Shown here: positions 1-12,254 of the stretch, piece by piece
How the letters are laid out: each line of letters begins with the position of its first letter
Position numbering within the stretch: the first letter of the stretch is position 1
Origin: Spirogloea muscicola
Lineage: Eukaryota
Direction: 5' to 3'
Assembly (NCBI GenBank): GCA_009602725.1
Contig: WELB01000031.1
Coordinates: forward strand, 852,007 to 909,885
DNA: 57,879 nt
The notes under the pieces: model-generated
Databases searched by the model: none
Seen by the model: only the letters and a program-made list of their open reading frames with translations
Told to the model about the DNA's origin: nothing
Program-made: the position numbers and the translations under genes

Positions 1-369
1 GGGGGGCATGAAGGGGGGGTTTTGGGGCGGGCGTGTCGGAGGAGGAGGGGGGGAGCCGTTGGGCGCCGCTCCTCCCCTCCCCGCCCGCTGCCCGTGGCGC
101 CAGCGGGCGCCTCGCCTCGCGTGCCGGCCCCCGCTCCCGTCATTTCAAACAACGGCCCCCCGACGGCGTCGCACGGGCCCTCCACCCCCCGGGCGCTGAC
201 CTCACTGACGGCTACCAAGGAAACGCCAGTCGCCAAGCGCCGGTGGCAGAAACTGCAGGTTGCTCTTGTACACTGTGGATCTGAGGCTCCTCACTCGTAC
301 TTATTGAGTGATCCATCCTCCCCCTGTTTTACCATTGCATCCTCAGGCCCCTTTGTAGCTGCTCACCGC

Positions 370-760
370 TCTTAGCGCTTCCTCTGGCTTCCTCTGGCCC
401 CCTTCTCGTTCTTTGTTCATTCTTTTTTGGGCTGGCTTGTCCAGCCCCTATCCTCTTAGGCCCCTCTGAACCTTTGTGAATTCTTTTTGGGCTGGCTTTT
501 CGCAGCCATTGCCTTACATTGCAAGAGATAAATGCGCCCGGTGCGCATGAAATTGAAAGGGAGGCCAATTCGAGCCTTACAAAAGTCCTGGTAACGGGGC
601 AATGAGCTGGTTAAAAAAGCGCGGCCAAATTGACTGGTGGCTGGGAAAGGCCAGCCCAAAAGAATGGACAAGGTCTGGGGGAGCTTGAGTGCAAGTTAAG
701 GGGACGAGCGAGAGCTGTTTCTCCCAAGACTCGCCCCATAGTTGGAGATGGCTGTGATGA
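370..760. repeat. Cluster of CRE-like LINE 3'-UTR remnants in both orientations
   Basis: TTTTGGGCTGGCTTGTCCAGCCC at ~425-447 (+) and the reverse form GGTGGCTGGGAAAGGCCAGCCCAAAAGAATGGACAAGG at ~636-673 match the 3' end of the LINE at 7266-8274 and the copy at 57450-57490. Confidence 0.6.
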
Positions 761-799
761 TCTCCATCGGCTCTCTGTGAATAAGACTGTGACTGCAGT

Positions 800-978
800 C
801 GATGGCCCATACCTGAGAGGTGAGCTGCTGCCTGTCGGCAGCGCCTCAGGGCAAGACTTCCGCTGTGTTTAACACGTGGTGCTTCGCTGTGCTGGGGGTT
901 TGTCTCTAAACCCCAATGATCGAAACCAATAAGGACTTACTGACCCCTGACTGTGCTCTTAAGGGTCAGGGACTTCAC
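800..978 (+). mobile_element. 3' (U5) fragment of a family B/F-type LTR
   Basis: GGCAGCGCCTCAGGGCAAGACTTCCGCTG...CTGACCCCTGACTGTG...GGGACTTCACA resembles the LTR ends at 9240-9269 and 41390-41527. Confidence 0.5.
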
Positions 979-2409
979 ACAAACAACACGTGTTGGCCAC
1001 CTTCCTTGACATCCTTGACAACAACAGGCTTACTGACGGCGAAGGAACCGATCTTCACCATTGATCGATACAGGTGAACCGGTACTCCTGGGTCGAAGTA
1101 GACTTCGTCAATTGTACTGCGCGCTTGTGATCTCGTCTGTATAACTGGAAATGAAAACTGCCGCCCTGGTACTGACAGAATCATCGGTGTCACCAGGAAG
1201 CCACTTTGTGAACGAGATACTCAAATGCCCAGCAAACAAAGTTTTATGTCTGTCATCTGCATGATGATAAAGGCGGACACTCATAATGATATGATGGGGA
1301 TGGGGATTTGTACCACTAGGAGTTGGCCGTGATTATAATATAGAAAGGGCTTGGCACAGGCCGTACTGGAAGAACTTCGGTAACGACAGAGTGGCATCAC
1401 CTTTACTGAAAACTGGTCGCATGCAAGTTGGCAAGCCAATGCTGGTGGACTCGACACCAATCACAAGCTACCGTCTGATAAGCCTCCCGTTGGCCGTTGT
1501 TCCATGGAAAGGAAACTTGAACACATCAATTTTCCTTTCCATACCTGTAAGTAAAAGAAAACTACGACAGGATAGAAGCGAGGCTTACCTGCTGTTGCTT
1601 CGTCATCTGCCATAAGACCAACTACCATGCAGAAATGATTGACATCAGACAATTTCGATGACAATAATTTGGGAGAGTTTGAAGTGGACGATAATTATCG
1701 GCAATATCTAACAATGTTGCCAGATTAGACAAAAGTGCAGCATTTGGGGTGAAGGAGGCATGGTCGTCGAAAGCTTTCAAGATTATATATTATCCTGAGA
1801 CCAATGCCTGCCCGGAGTGCTGAGGACTAAGACATCATCGGCCTGGAGCGAGAATAACATTTCTACAAAGTTGTCGTACCCTTCAACATTCCCACGACAG
1901 GTCCGTTGGTTCTGAATTTGTTTGCAGGCACTGCCACAGACCTTGCAGGTCTCCTTAGGGGCCGCTTCAAGGTTGCGCAACATATATACGTGAACAACGA
2001 CCACGGGTGGTGGGCTCTAGCTAAGCTACAAGACAAATTCAGACAAAAAGTCCGAATGAGACCTTTTTGATCCTCCAACTTTCTCCTTGGTATGTTTTGT
2101 GCAAATGATTCGCTTTTACTTTCCATGTATCGACACGTGGCCTGTTTACGTCTTTTGTCAGTCCGAATACTCTTGTCGACGTCATTTGGCAGTCGACACC
2201 ATCTGCATGAGACCCCCTCAGCTCATTTGACTTCCTAGTGCTGACACAGGGGTACTAAGAGGCCCCCAGGGACTAGCCTGTGGTTCTGATTAAAGAGTTA
2301 TGATGACCTCTGTATGTTCCCGGCTGGCCTCTACTGCCGCTCTATATCTATTATCAGCAGCCTTCTAAGTATCAGAAGCCGCATTTCCATTGACCTGATG
2401 CAGCGGGCC

Positions 2410-2880
2410 CTGTTTGCGCACCTTCGCGCACACCCCCATCAGGCGCGGCCGCTCAGGCCCGCTATCCCCCCACTGCCGAGAGCGGGCGGTGGTCGCTGCT
2501 CGGTTCCTGCGTGCTCATGCGCGGTACATGGCGCCGGTGGAGAAGCCGACCCTCGCCAAGGCTGTGGGGTTCCTACTCAAGGACGACCTCTGCGACCGGC
2601 TGTTGTCGGCTTCTTCGACAGGGGGGGTGGTGTGGTTGACATCGCTCCCCATCACGCTGCGCTAACCATGCTGGACGATGTCTCTCCGACGGCCATCCAC
2701 CAGCTTCTGGGCCTTCACCCGCCTGCCTCGTCGGTGTGGTGCAGTGCGAGTGTGGAGCACGCAACGCCAGCGCTGCGGACTTGGCTGTGTACATTCTTAA
2801 CTGTGCAGACGGGAGAGGGACGGAATCGACCTCCTTACGACCTCCTGCGAGATGGCATGTTTGACATTTTCGTGGAGGTC
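2410..2880 (+). pseudogene. Degenerate CRE-like non-LTR retrotransposon fragment (region upstream of the CCHC/RLE domain)
   Basis: Frameshifted peptides GGVVWLTSLPITLR, TAIHQLLGL and YDLLRDGMFDIF. The last parallels AHDRLRDAMHGIL in the 7266-8274 copy. Confidence 0.5.
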
Positions 2881-3925
2881 TGTCGTGCCATACCCCGTCA
2901 ACGGCCTATTTGTGTCGGTCTGACTAGGACAGCTGACTTGGCTTAACACGTGGCCTCCTAGGCTGAATCATCCCACTTTTGTGTGTGATTCACGCTAAGG
3001 ATGGAGGACCACACCTTTCTCTCCGTGGCTTCCCGGCTGGGTCATACACTTGTGTGTGATTCACGCTGAGGATGGAGGACAGCTTCTCTCCCTCTCTTCC
3101 TTCCTCTATTTCTATTCCTTTCGCTTTCTCCTCCCCTCTCTCTCTCAACGACATTAGCAACCTCGACCGCTCATCCAACGCGGACGACAACAACAACATC
3201 AACCGCTCATCAAACGCGGACGACATCAACAACGGAGCGACTACAAGGGCCCAGGCTTACGCACGACGCCAACCGGCCAAAGGCCGTTCACGGCGCAACG
3301 AGGGAAGCCCATCTGCAAGCACCTCAACTACCAACAAGATCGTGAAGGTGGGCGCTACCGAAGCGGTGGCGGAGCGATCGTGGAACGGACGGCTGAAGAT
3401 TACCATCCTACGGTCCAGTCGGCCCCAGGGTCCGTAACGGCCCAGGAAAGTCAGCCATCTAGCTTAGCCAACCAGCGTAGCCAATGGGCGGATCTGGCCT
3501 ATCAGGTAGCGCTTGGGTTTCACCAGGCCGCGCGGCCTCTGCCAGGCAGTCCGCTGGCAATACTCAGCCTCCTGCCGCGCCTGCGCCCACCTACGCCTGC
3601 GTCCACTCGCGCCTGCGGAGAGCGTAGCCCGAGACGAATACGGCGTGCGTGCATAGCGAGCATTGCGCAGACCCGCTGCGACTCCAAGAAGTTAAATATC
3701 ACACAGTCGAATTTCAGCCGTGCTTGACTTGTAAACGTGCTGTGATCTTTGCCAACTGACAACAATTGTCGTTATTGGCCTCTTATCAGACCGACCTTCA
3801 TGTCAGCTGGTCAAGGTAGCCAAGATCTTTGTTTGTTTTGTGTATCACGTAGGATAGCACGTCAGAATTTGTCTTCAACTAGACTTATCGACGCCATTTT
3901 GCAGCGACGCCCTTGCGCATGACAG
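2881..3925 (+). repeat. Unclassified dispersed repeat family D, uninterrupted copy
   Basis: Starts TGTCGTGCCATA and carries ~70-bp hairpin repeats, a CT-rich tract and CCGCTCATC..GCGGACGACAACAAC repeats. Homologous to 29085-29859 (+) and 33355-34285 (-). Confidence 0.7.
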
Positions 3926-3984
3926 GCTGGCTACAATTTGGCCTCGGAAACACGTCTGTCTATCCACTCGGCTGGGGGGCTGAC

Positions 3985-4440
3985 GGACGTCACCCGCGGC
4001 ACTTCAATTGGGGGTTCCGCATCATGGCATGTGTCGCGACTACTGGTTTCTTCAACTCCATCAACTACAGCAGATCGGTGGCAGAGGCATGGCATGCAGT
4101 TGGCAAGGCTGCGGGCCGTAAAGAGCATAAGTTTGCAGATCGGACCCCACTGCCGGCGGCTTTGTTGAGCTGGCGATAGACGTGCACGGGGCTTTTGGCA
4201 GTCGGTGGCTGGACATCCTGCGGCGGCTTGCACGGCGGGCCATCGAAACAGCGTAGTGAGCTGCCCGGCTTCAGTGCCTCCGGGTCGCTTGCCCAGGTAT
4301 CCTGCATTCGGATGTCCGTCTCATCTCAGCATTTCCAGGGTCGTGCAGTGCAGTTGCGGGCAAGCCACATTTTGTCCATTCTTTTTTGGCTGGCTTCTGC
4401 CAGCCCCTCTCTTCTATGGGCGAGCTCATTCTTCATTTTG
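3985..4440 (+). pseudogene. CRE-like LINE 3' fragment (RLE C-terminus and 3' UTR)
   Basis: Peptides HAVGKAAGRKEHKFAD and LAIDVHGAFGSRWLDILRRLARRAIE. Ends with the GGCTGGCTTCTGCCAGCC hairpin and ATGGGCGAGCTCATTCTTC. Confidence 0.75.
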
Positions 4441-4639
4441 GCTGTTCATTCGGCTGCTCTTTCGTAGGGCTGGCTCTTTTCCAGCGCACCTTGTTCTTAT
4501 TCCAGTGCAGAATCCCCCGACTTGCGGCTGCCGACTAGGGGATACTGCGCTCCCATCCACGGTAGCCACTTGCATCGTGTGAGGCTTCAGCGCCTTTCTG
4601 CCCTCGGGGCCTCGTTCACGTCTTTTGGGCTGGCCAAGT

Positions 4640-5227
4640 GATGGCGGTATGCGGCGACGGGCTGTGGCAGCAGGCAGCAGCAGGGCTGCGTCGGCGGGCT
4701 GCTGCAGCAGGCGGCAGCAGAGCTGCGCCTCTCTTTCGCGGGCTTCACTGATGTTGACCGGGTGACCCGAGTCTGCTCTCAGCCCTACTTGTAGTTCATG
4801 TGCCACCCTCCCAAGGGGTCTCTGGGAGGCTCGTCTCAGGGCCCACCATCGAGAAGGCGAGCTCGACAAGGGGAATCTAGTACAAGGGCAGGCCACGCGG
4901 CTCTCTTCCGGAAGCGCCGCCAGTGGGTCACGGGTGTGGCGCGGCTTCACAGACGCGCCAGACGTGTCGCATACACGTCATAGCGAGCACGGCGGCAGAT
5001 TCAGGGAGATGCCGAGGAGCTCCGCTCTGGGAGGTCCAGGATTCGCCGCCTCTGCTGGAGGCGGCGCGCCTGACGTCATATCGTCAGCAGGCGCGTCACA
5101 CCGCGCGACACCTTGCGCGGTTCTCTCGCGCGTCGCACGCGTCAGTCACGTGCGCGTCAGTGGTTACACGGTGGCGCCTAAGGCGGAGTTGCGGAGTTAA
5201 GCGTCCCGTAACGGCGGGGACGTTACA
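4640..5227 (-). mobile_element. Family F LTR fragment (U3 start at 5227)
   Basis: The reverse complement matches 41013-41280 of the F solo LTR. The terminus reads TGTAACGTCCCCGCCGTTACGGGACGC on the minus strand. Confidence 0.7.
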
Positions 5228-7265
5228 GTTTGTGCCACTTTCCAGCTGACCTGCATGGAACGAAACCAGCACAAATGGGATCTGCGTTTTGCTTAACAAA
5301 TGCTATGGTTGGTTCAGCTGCGACTTGAACCATATGATACTGTTTGGCAGCTGTGCTGTTCTTAAGCACGGTGCTCAAATCTACATTCATCTCAAGCAAG
5401 ATCGCTGAAGCTCAAAGAAGGTGGTGTAAAGTTCCTGTTCGACAATTTCCTAGCTGACAACTTAATGTAAACTGTCGCAGTTTCAGCAGTGTTCACTTTT
5501 GTGCAGCAACCTGAGGCTTCGGCAAAGAAAGGTCAACTTCAATTGTTTCCAACCCCTGCACGTTGTTTCTGCTTCGGGTGATTTTCACCCCTCTTGTAAG
5601 GGTTTCTGCTTACATCGGAAGACTCAGGAGTTGGCTCGACAACACAAGCTAAGTGTGAGTAGCCATACTTAATGACTCTTAGCTCATGCTCGTCGTTAAG
5701 CATTCCAGCAAACTCCTCATATTCCTCAAGACCTGCCCGAGCAACAAGAGCTGCAGCTTTATCTTATTCTAGTGTTTAGCATGTATTTGGTAAACAGCAA
5801 GCCGATCAGTCAGCAGCCAAGTACTCATCCGTCTAACGAACTTGGACGTGTCCTTCACAGAGTCAGAATAACTGTAGCCTGCCTGCTAACATTCATATAT
5901 AAGATACAAGCAGGCAATCTAACCACAATCTTTCTCCAACATCGAAATTCGATATGACCCACCCTTCCACGGAAAGCACTAGTGGCATGTGGTGCAAAGC
6001 TGGACAATGCTTATAAATGTGACATGCCTTTTACAATCGCGACAAGTTACAGCAGCACGTGGTTGATACTCTTTAGGTCCATGGTCTACTCTCCGAGGCA
6101 GTGCAGGCAATACAATAGGGGCCTTGGTATTCCCTGATGAGATAATCTTAACAGGAGTGTTCTACTTCCTTCTTGTCTTCGTCCGAAGCTGGCACACCTG
6201 TAAAGCGTTCAACAGATGTTCAAGAACATCATCAATAGTCTCTTATCCAGCATGACCTGGTACACATATTCGAGGTCATAACGAGGTATCTGAAGTTGCT
6301 GCTTGCGCACTTCCAGTAACTGTTGAATTGATTCTCCAGCAACAACACGCAGAGATAGGGTCGCTAGATTTTGATGGCTGATGGTTGAACGTGACTGTTA
6401 TATGATTTCGTCAGACCTATAGTATCAAGCAGTCACAATTCCACTTTCAAGTCGCTTGGACTTCAGACTCTTCTGCTTGATTTGCATGTTAATTTATAAA
6501 TTTCTTAGACAGGCATTTCATTATTTCCTCCACAGGATCCTCTATCTAATCAGGTTCCACTACCGTCTCGGCTGATGTGCAGACGAGGAGGTGGTGTTTA
6601 AGTCTTGGGACTTCTTCTTTGGACCGTCTGAATATGTCACCAGCATCTATGGTGGAGTATGTGGCTAACAGGATCAGCATTCTGATCACGTCTCACCAGG
6701 CTACCTTGTAGGTTATATTCACATAGTCCGGCATCATCATATGCTCGACCTTAGCGAAATATGACACCACCGTTTATGCCTTGGAAATTGAGCGATCTCC
6801 CGGAGCCACGAAATTGTCCTGATGCAAAAGGCCGAGTTGAATGTGTCGCTGCATTCAGACAGGAGATAAGTGCCGCATGTGATGTTCCCTCCGTTTGAGA
6901 GTGCCAACAGTGCCGGTAATCTCACATGATCGCATCGTGTCTACTGTTTGGAAGTCCCAAACGGTACCCATATCTTGGCTCCATCCACTGTATGTAGCTA
7001 AGTACGGTCCGAGGCCCCGGGCTCCGTTTCGCATGTGCTCCGTCCAGGAGGCGCCACTTCGCGCCTCCTTGGAGCCGCCCGAGGCGCCACGTCGCGCCGC
7101 CCAAAGCGCCGCGTCGCGCCTTTTTGGTGCCGCTTAATGTGCACCGCTTCGTGTATCCTTGTACCGCTCAAAGGGCTTCGCTTCGTGTCCCCATTGGTCA
7201 GGCCCGCCCCTCCAGGGAGGACTTTGGTTATCGTCACTCCCTCGGGGGAGGGGTGGCAGATGGAA

Positions 7266-8274
7266 GAAAGAAAGGGCTCGCCCATAGAAAATAGGGGCTG
7301 GAAAAGCCAGCCCAAAACAAAAGAATTAATAAATCACGAGAAGGGGGCCAGGGGAAGCGCTAAGAGAAACAAGAACAAAAAGAAAAAACCAGCTACGAGT
7401 CGCTCAGTAACCCCTGCTAAGCAGCTGCAGATCAGAGAAGCTAGGCTCCTGGAAGTGGGTCCCCTGGCCAGAGCCAGAGGCAGCAGCGAGGGCTCTGCGG
7501 GCGTGCAGGTGCAGCGCGCGAACAATAGACCTCTGCAGCGAAACGGCCACGCGCATGCGGTACACCTGCACGAGCGCCGCCCCGGCTGCAGGAAAGTCCA
7601 CCGGCTCCCTATGGAAGTGGCGGGCGATGGCATGGCGGGCGAGCAGATTGAGCAGCTCGAGCCACCGAGCCCCCAACGCCCCATGGGTGTCAATAGCCAA
7701 CGGGAAGAACTCGTCTTCCCGCAGATGATCAGCATACTTGAGCTCTTTAGCTCTTGAGCTCTTTAGCCCAAGCGGCGCAGGCGACACGTACCCAGCCTTG
7801 TTGGCACATTGGGCAGGGTGTGAGCGGTCGTATGCGTCAGTAGTCACCACGTCCAGGATATGACGTGGCCCGCCCGCCTGTGGGGTGGGCCACCAGGTCT
7901 ACGCGACGAGCGTGGAGACCGTCGGCCCTTTGCTGGAGCGGCATGACGGCGGAGTTCTCCGCTGCCACCGAGAAGCCAGCCCCCACCAGGATGCCATGCA
8001 TCGCATCCCGGAGGCGGTCGTGGGCTGCTGTCCGCTCTCCGCCGTGGGAACAGCGCAGAACATGAGCAGCCAGCTCTCCAGGCTCGGCCCCGCGTTCGCC
8101 ACACTCACACACACTCACCCTGGAGACATGGCGGGGGCAGGCCCAGGAGCCGGTGGACGGCACTACGTAATATATCGTCCGGGAGAGTGAGGGCGTTGTT
8201 GAGGGGGAGGGCCTGGAGCCACGCCGCTGCCCTTGTGGAGAGGCCGCGCGGAGTCTTGCGCGCCTGTGCAGGTC
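7266..8274 (-). mobile_element. 5'-truncated CRE-like RLE non-LTR retrotransposon
   Basis: CCHC finger CECG..HVLRC, then AHDRLRD, RRVDLV, LDVVTTD, KELKY, FFPLAIDTHGALG and VAVSLQR. 11-bp TSD GGCAGATGGAA at 7255-7265 and 8275-8285; 3' tail CCCTTTCTTTC. Confidence 0.85.
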
Positions 8275-8625
8275 GGCAGATGGAACGCTTATCAGTAGTA
8301 GGCAGAGGCCAGATTGCTCAGTCGGACCCGTGACGCCAAGAGATGCAAAGCCCTGCTGCTGCCTGCCGCCGCAGCCGCCGCCACAGCTCTACTGCTGCCG
8401 CCTGCTGCCCGGCTCGTCACCGCAGCTCGTCGCTGCGGGCCTCGCTGGCTTTTTGTAAGTACCATTGCTGCGCCCCTTGCGGGGACAGCTGCTGACCCTC
8501 GGTCGAGTCGCCGCCTTCCGGCGGTGCCTCAGGATAAGACTTCCGCTGCACTATGTGCGCGTATGTGTGCGCTGTGTGCGCTGGCATTCCACTCTGTAAG
8601 GGCTTCGTCTCCAGAACACCCTATG

Positions 8626-9204
8626 TGTAACGAAGTTACATAAATGGAACATCATTATCATGGGAATGATAGCTGAAGGGTATTGAGGAGGCCCTTCATT
8701 GAGGAGGCCAACCACCTCACAAGTTGGGCGAAGGACGACGCGTGATAATGGAGAAAGCGCAAATCTGAACTTCCAACGCGCGACGGCGGCACAAGCCCCA
8801 CTTTGGAATCTGGACTCCTAGTGTTAGAACTCTACTAGGATTAGTATTAGGCACGGGTCCCCGGGTCCCCGGGTCCCCCCAATTGGCGGCGACTCCAGCG
8901 GCGGAGGCGCCGGCCACGGGCGGCCATTTTGTGAGCCCGGCTTGTAGCAAGTGGCCGGACGCTTAATAATCCCATGAGGCCGGAGGCAGGGCTCCGCAAA
9001 TTCTTGATGGGTACTTACAGAGTAGAAGGATGCAGCGTTAGGCCCCTTACCCCTCCTGAAGACGCCTGCGTGACAAACTGTTTACACTCAATCGTTATCT
9101 TATTGCCTTGTCTTGACCCATTGATTGTTTGGCTCGGACCTTTGCTTTGCGACACCAACGCCTTCGGCCTCAGGGAAAGTGCTTGACGATCCTCATTTCT
9201 TACA
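8626..9204. mobile_element. Solo LTR (family G) nested in the B LTR
   Basis: TGTAAC...CTTACA termini with a perfect 5-bp TSD CTATG (8621-8625 and 9205-9209). Confidence 0.85.
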
Positions 9205-9270
9205 CTATGTCCGAAACCCAAACAGGATGTTCTGACCCTAACTGTGTGATTAGGGACAGGGACGTTACAT

Positions 9271-9281
9271 TGGTATCAGAG
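9271..9281 (+). promoter_or_regulatory. Primer-binding site complementary to the 3' end of initiator tRNA-Met
   Basis: TGGTATCAGAG lies one base after the LTR end. The same motif occurs at 24343-24353 (-) and 35470-35480 (-), and is degenerate at 12807, 16924 and 44773. Confidence 0.8.
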
Positions 9282-11364
9282 GAGTTCTTGCATTTAGCCA
9301 GTCACGTGAAAGGTTGTGTTTACTGCTGACAGTGGAAGGATCCTTCTGAATGCTGGACTAATTTTATTCTCTTGTTGAAGAAGCTTGAAAATTTTCCAGT
9401 GTGAACGTGGGGCCGTCATCGGCGAAGCGGCAAGTGTGCCAGCCTTTCGCCTTCGATATTCACGCACCGGGTCTTCAAGATGCTGAGTGGCTCTTCTTCC
9501 CGGCGGCAATCTTCATTGCCTGGTCAGTATTTCGCCTGCGTAACCACCTGTGCCCGGTGTGTAGCTGGCCTATAAAGCACGGCATAGCACCTGGAGCCGC
9601 AGGTGGGCGGCATGCTGACTGTCGGTCAGGCGCTGGTCTGTACTCTCGCTTGGTGCCCTCCCTCAGTCTGCTTTTATAGCTTACTGTTTGGGGGTATGAT
9701 CTGGCTTGCTTCCATGTTTTGCTTTGGTTGCCTAGTGCACGGGCCTTGCTCAGCAACACTCTAGTAGTATTGTCTCATCAGATACGTCTTATACCCGTCA
9801 CTGACTTGATCCCTCACTGTGTTGGTGTAAAGGCATGGAGTCGGCTGACTCAAGTGCGCCACCTAGTCCCCCTCTGCCGGCTGTTCAACCTGCTAAGGTC
9901 GAGAAAGTGGTCTGATGAGCTGTCGGGGCTCCAATCGTCATCCCTGGATGTCCGACTCCAAGGAGGCTCAGCGCGGTGTGCGCTTGATGGAGCAGTATTA
10001 GGCTGCTGGCCCAAGGGGACCTACTAGCAACCCCTGTGTGTGGGGGGGGGTTATGAGATGTGCACATTACTCGCCCACGTTGTGGGGCGAGCAAATCCTG
10101 CATCTCCGGTAGGCTCAGTGCCTGGTGCTGCCGGAGCTCTGGTTGGATGTGCCCAACTGTCTCCACCTGCTGCACCCGTAGTCACGACTGTGGTGTGTCC
10201 AGCCGTCTCCACCAGCCATGTCTACCTATTACTGTTGCTGCCGGATTCAACTGAATGTGCTAAGTCGTCTCCTCCTGCCGTGTTGGCTAGGGAAGCCTAC
10301 AGGAGCAGCCTCAACACCTGACTTTGAGATAGTGGTATGGCCTGCTTATACGGCAAGCCCTTCACAATACGCGTGGGAGAATGTGACCACCTCTTTGTGT
10401 GGGACCCTGCCTAGTGGCAGGCTCCGGTGAAGGAGTCCACCCCTGGAGATCTCATGATATAAACACGTTCTCCCAAGCTCACTGACCATATATACAAAAT
10501 CATATTGACTTGGCAAGTATCTGGGCGCCACGTGGCTGTGTGCCACTGCGCCCTGGGCGCTGAAAGACTTGTTCGTTTTTGCCGACTTGAGATTCGTCGC
10601 TTGGTGATTAGTGACTTGTGTGCCACTTCAAGCACGACATTGCCTGCGTATCAGCTTTCAGCTGTGCTGCTGTGTAACACGAGCTGGCCAGTGCCCATTT
10701 GTCCGATCTGTGAGACATGGGCCCTGGTGGGGTCCAACCCGCTCTGAGCTGGCCTACATGTAACTATGTGCCCATGGACGTCGTGGACTTTGTGGTGAGA
10801 TCGGTATTGTGTGATGCCTCGGCATGGGTGATCCCTGCTATGGTCCTCGGCTTGCTGTACCTCAGGTGTCGGCGGCGGGGCGCCCTCACCCTGGTTTGTG
10901 CTGAGTGCACACTCCAAATGCTGGCAGTATGGTGCTTGGCACTAAGTGCGATGAGGAATGTGGCTGTTCGCCATCCTCATTGAAAGCAGGGCCTTGGGCC
11001 CTGGTCAGTCGCACTTCAATCTTACCTTCTTCCAGTAGAAGTGCTTGACTCTCTGGAGTTGTTGATTATGTGATATCACAGCCGTGGGCTGAGTAAGCTT
11101 GCGGAGCCAGGCTTGGCAGATGTTGTCAACGCCCTCTGCAACCACTGCTTGGTCAATCCTCGCCAGTACTCCCGTTGTGATAACCACGTGTCATGCCACA
11201 CTTGGGGGCATTGACAAGACCATGTGGGTCCCAGTGTCCTGCCCGAGTGACCTGTTCTTTTGGCCATACTGCTGGGTAGCGAAGATTGGACCAATGGCCT
11301 AGCTAAGCGCTGAGTTTCCCTGTGCACTTGAAGCTAGAAAGCTACCGGCATTGACTGGTAGTAA

Positions 11365-12010
11365 GGTACTATTTCAACTCAGTGGGTGTACCAACCTGGA
11401 CGTAACAATGCTGCGGACCTGGTGGCTGCAAAATTGTAGGGGCTACTGTGGCGCCTGTCTTGTGTACCACAAAGGCTCAGACCGCAGACGTGCGGCCTGC
11501 CCGTGGGGCCGCTCGGCAGTGCACCACCAACCTCTCTGAGCTGTATGTGCGTCTTCGTGATGGGTATGGCACAGACCCTTGGTTTGCACGAGCAACCAAA
11601 TTTCGCACTGAAGTACGTGACCAAGGCTTCTGGTGGCGAGGTGACGCCATTGTGGTGGCCAACCGCAATGCCTTGCCGCACTAGATGCATGCAAGAGACG
11701 CATGAGCCTCAGTACAATGGTCACTTAAAGTATTGGAAAGACAAGAAAAGCTATCAAGCTTCTTCCATGGTGGCCGGGCTTGTAAGTCCAGTAGAGTCTT
11801 TGTGAGGACTTGCGCCACCTGCCAGCGTAGTACGGCACGCTCTCCCGAGCCTGCCAAGTTGCTTGGCATGTCTATGGACCGAGTATGGCGACTGCAGGGA
11901 GTACCCGAGCGAATCATCTAACCGCGATCCTCGCTTCACGGGTCAATTCTGGACAGAAGTGTGCAGGCTAATTGGCACAAGCAATCCATGTCCACAACCT
12001 GCCACCCACT
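11365..12010 (+). pseudogene. Gypsy RNase H end and integrase fragment with the catalytic core deleted
   Basis: Peptides WVYQPGRNNAAD, HEPQYNGHL, FVRTCATCQR and GVPERII..RDPRFTGQFW. Confidence 0.8.
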
Positions 12011-12254
12011 ATCAGATGTGTAGGTCAAACCAATGCTAAGCACCTTGAACTGGAGGTGACCGAGCGGCGTACGGAATGCCGACTTCGTAACATCATCAGG
12101 TGTGTCATGTATCTGGTGGTGACTGCCTCGCAGATGGAGAGAGCTGAACACACTAGCTGGCGCAAGACGATCAAACAGGTCATCGATTCGAGGCAAAGGG
12201 TACCAATTCTTGACAGTGAGCTTGTTCAGGGCTCGATCATCGATGCACAGTCGC
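12011..12254 (-). pseudogene. Gypsy reverse transcriptase fragment
   Basis: LCIDDRALNKLTVKNWYPLPRIDDLFDRL...KSAFRTPLGHLQFKVLSIGLT. Confidence 0.85.

Larger units (their letters stand above)
6878..9269 (+). mobile_element. Family B 5' LTR carrying two nested insertions
   Basis: TGTGATGTTCCCTCCG...AGGGACGTTACA followed by a primer-binding site (PBS). Interrupted by a LINE (7266-8274) and a solo LTR (8626-9204), each with its own TSD. Confidence 0.85.

Noticed and set aside
3165..3235. Hammerhead ribozyme (TGATGAG on the minus strand)
   Set aside because: The core reads TTGATGA or GGATGA rather than CTGATGA, and no GAAA follows a stem II.
5230..6877. Possible degraded gene on the minus strand
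   Set aside because: Only short exon-like stretches with stops; nothing I could assign to a family.
9670..11360. gag of family B downstream of the PBS
   Set aside because: No Gag or zinc-knuckle motif is visible. Part of it (10800-10985) recurs at 28785-28950, so it is repetitive but unassigned.
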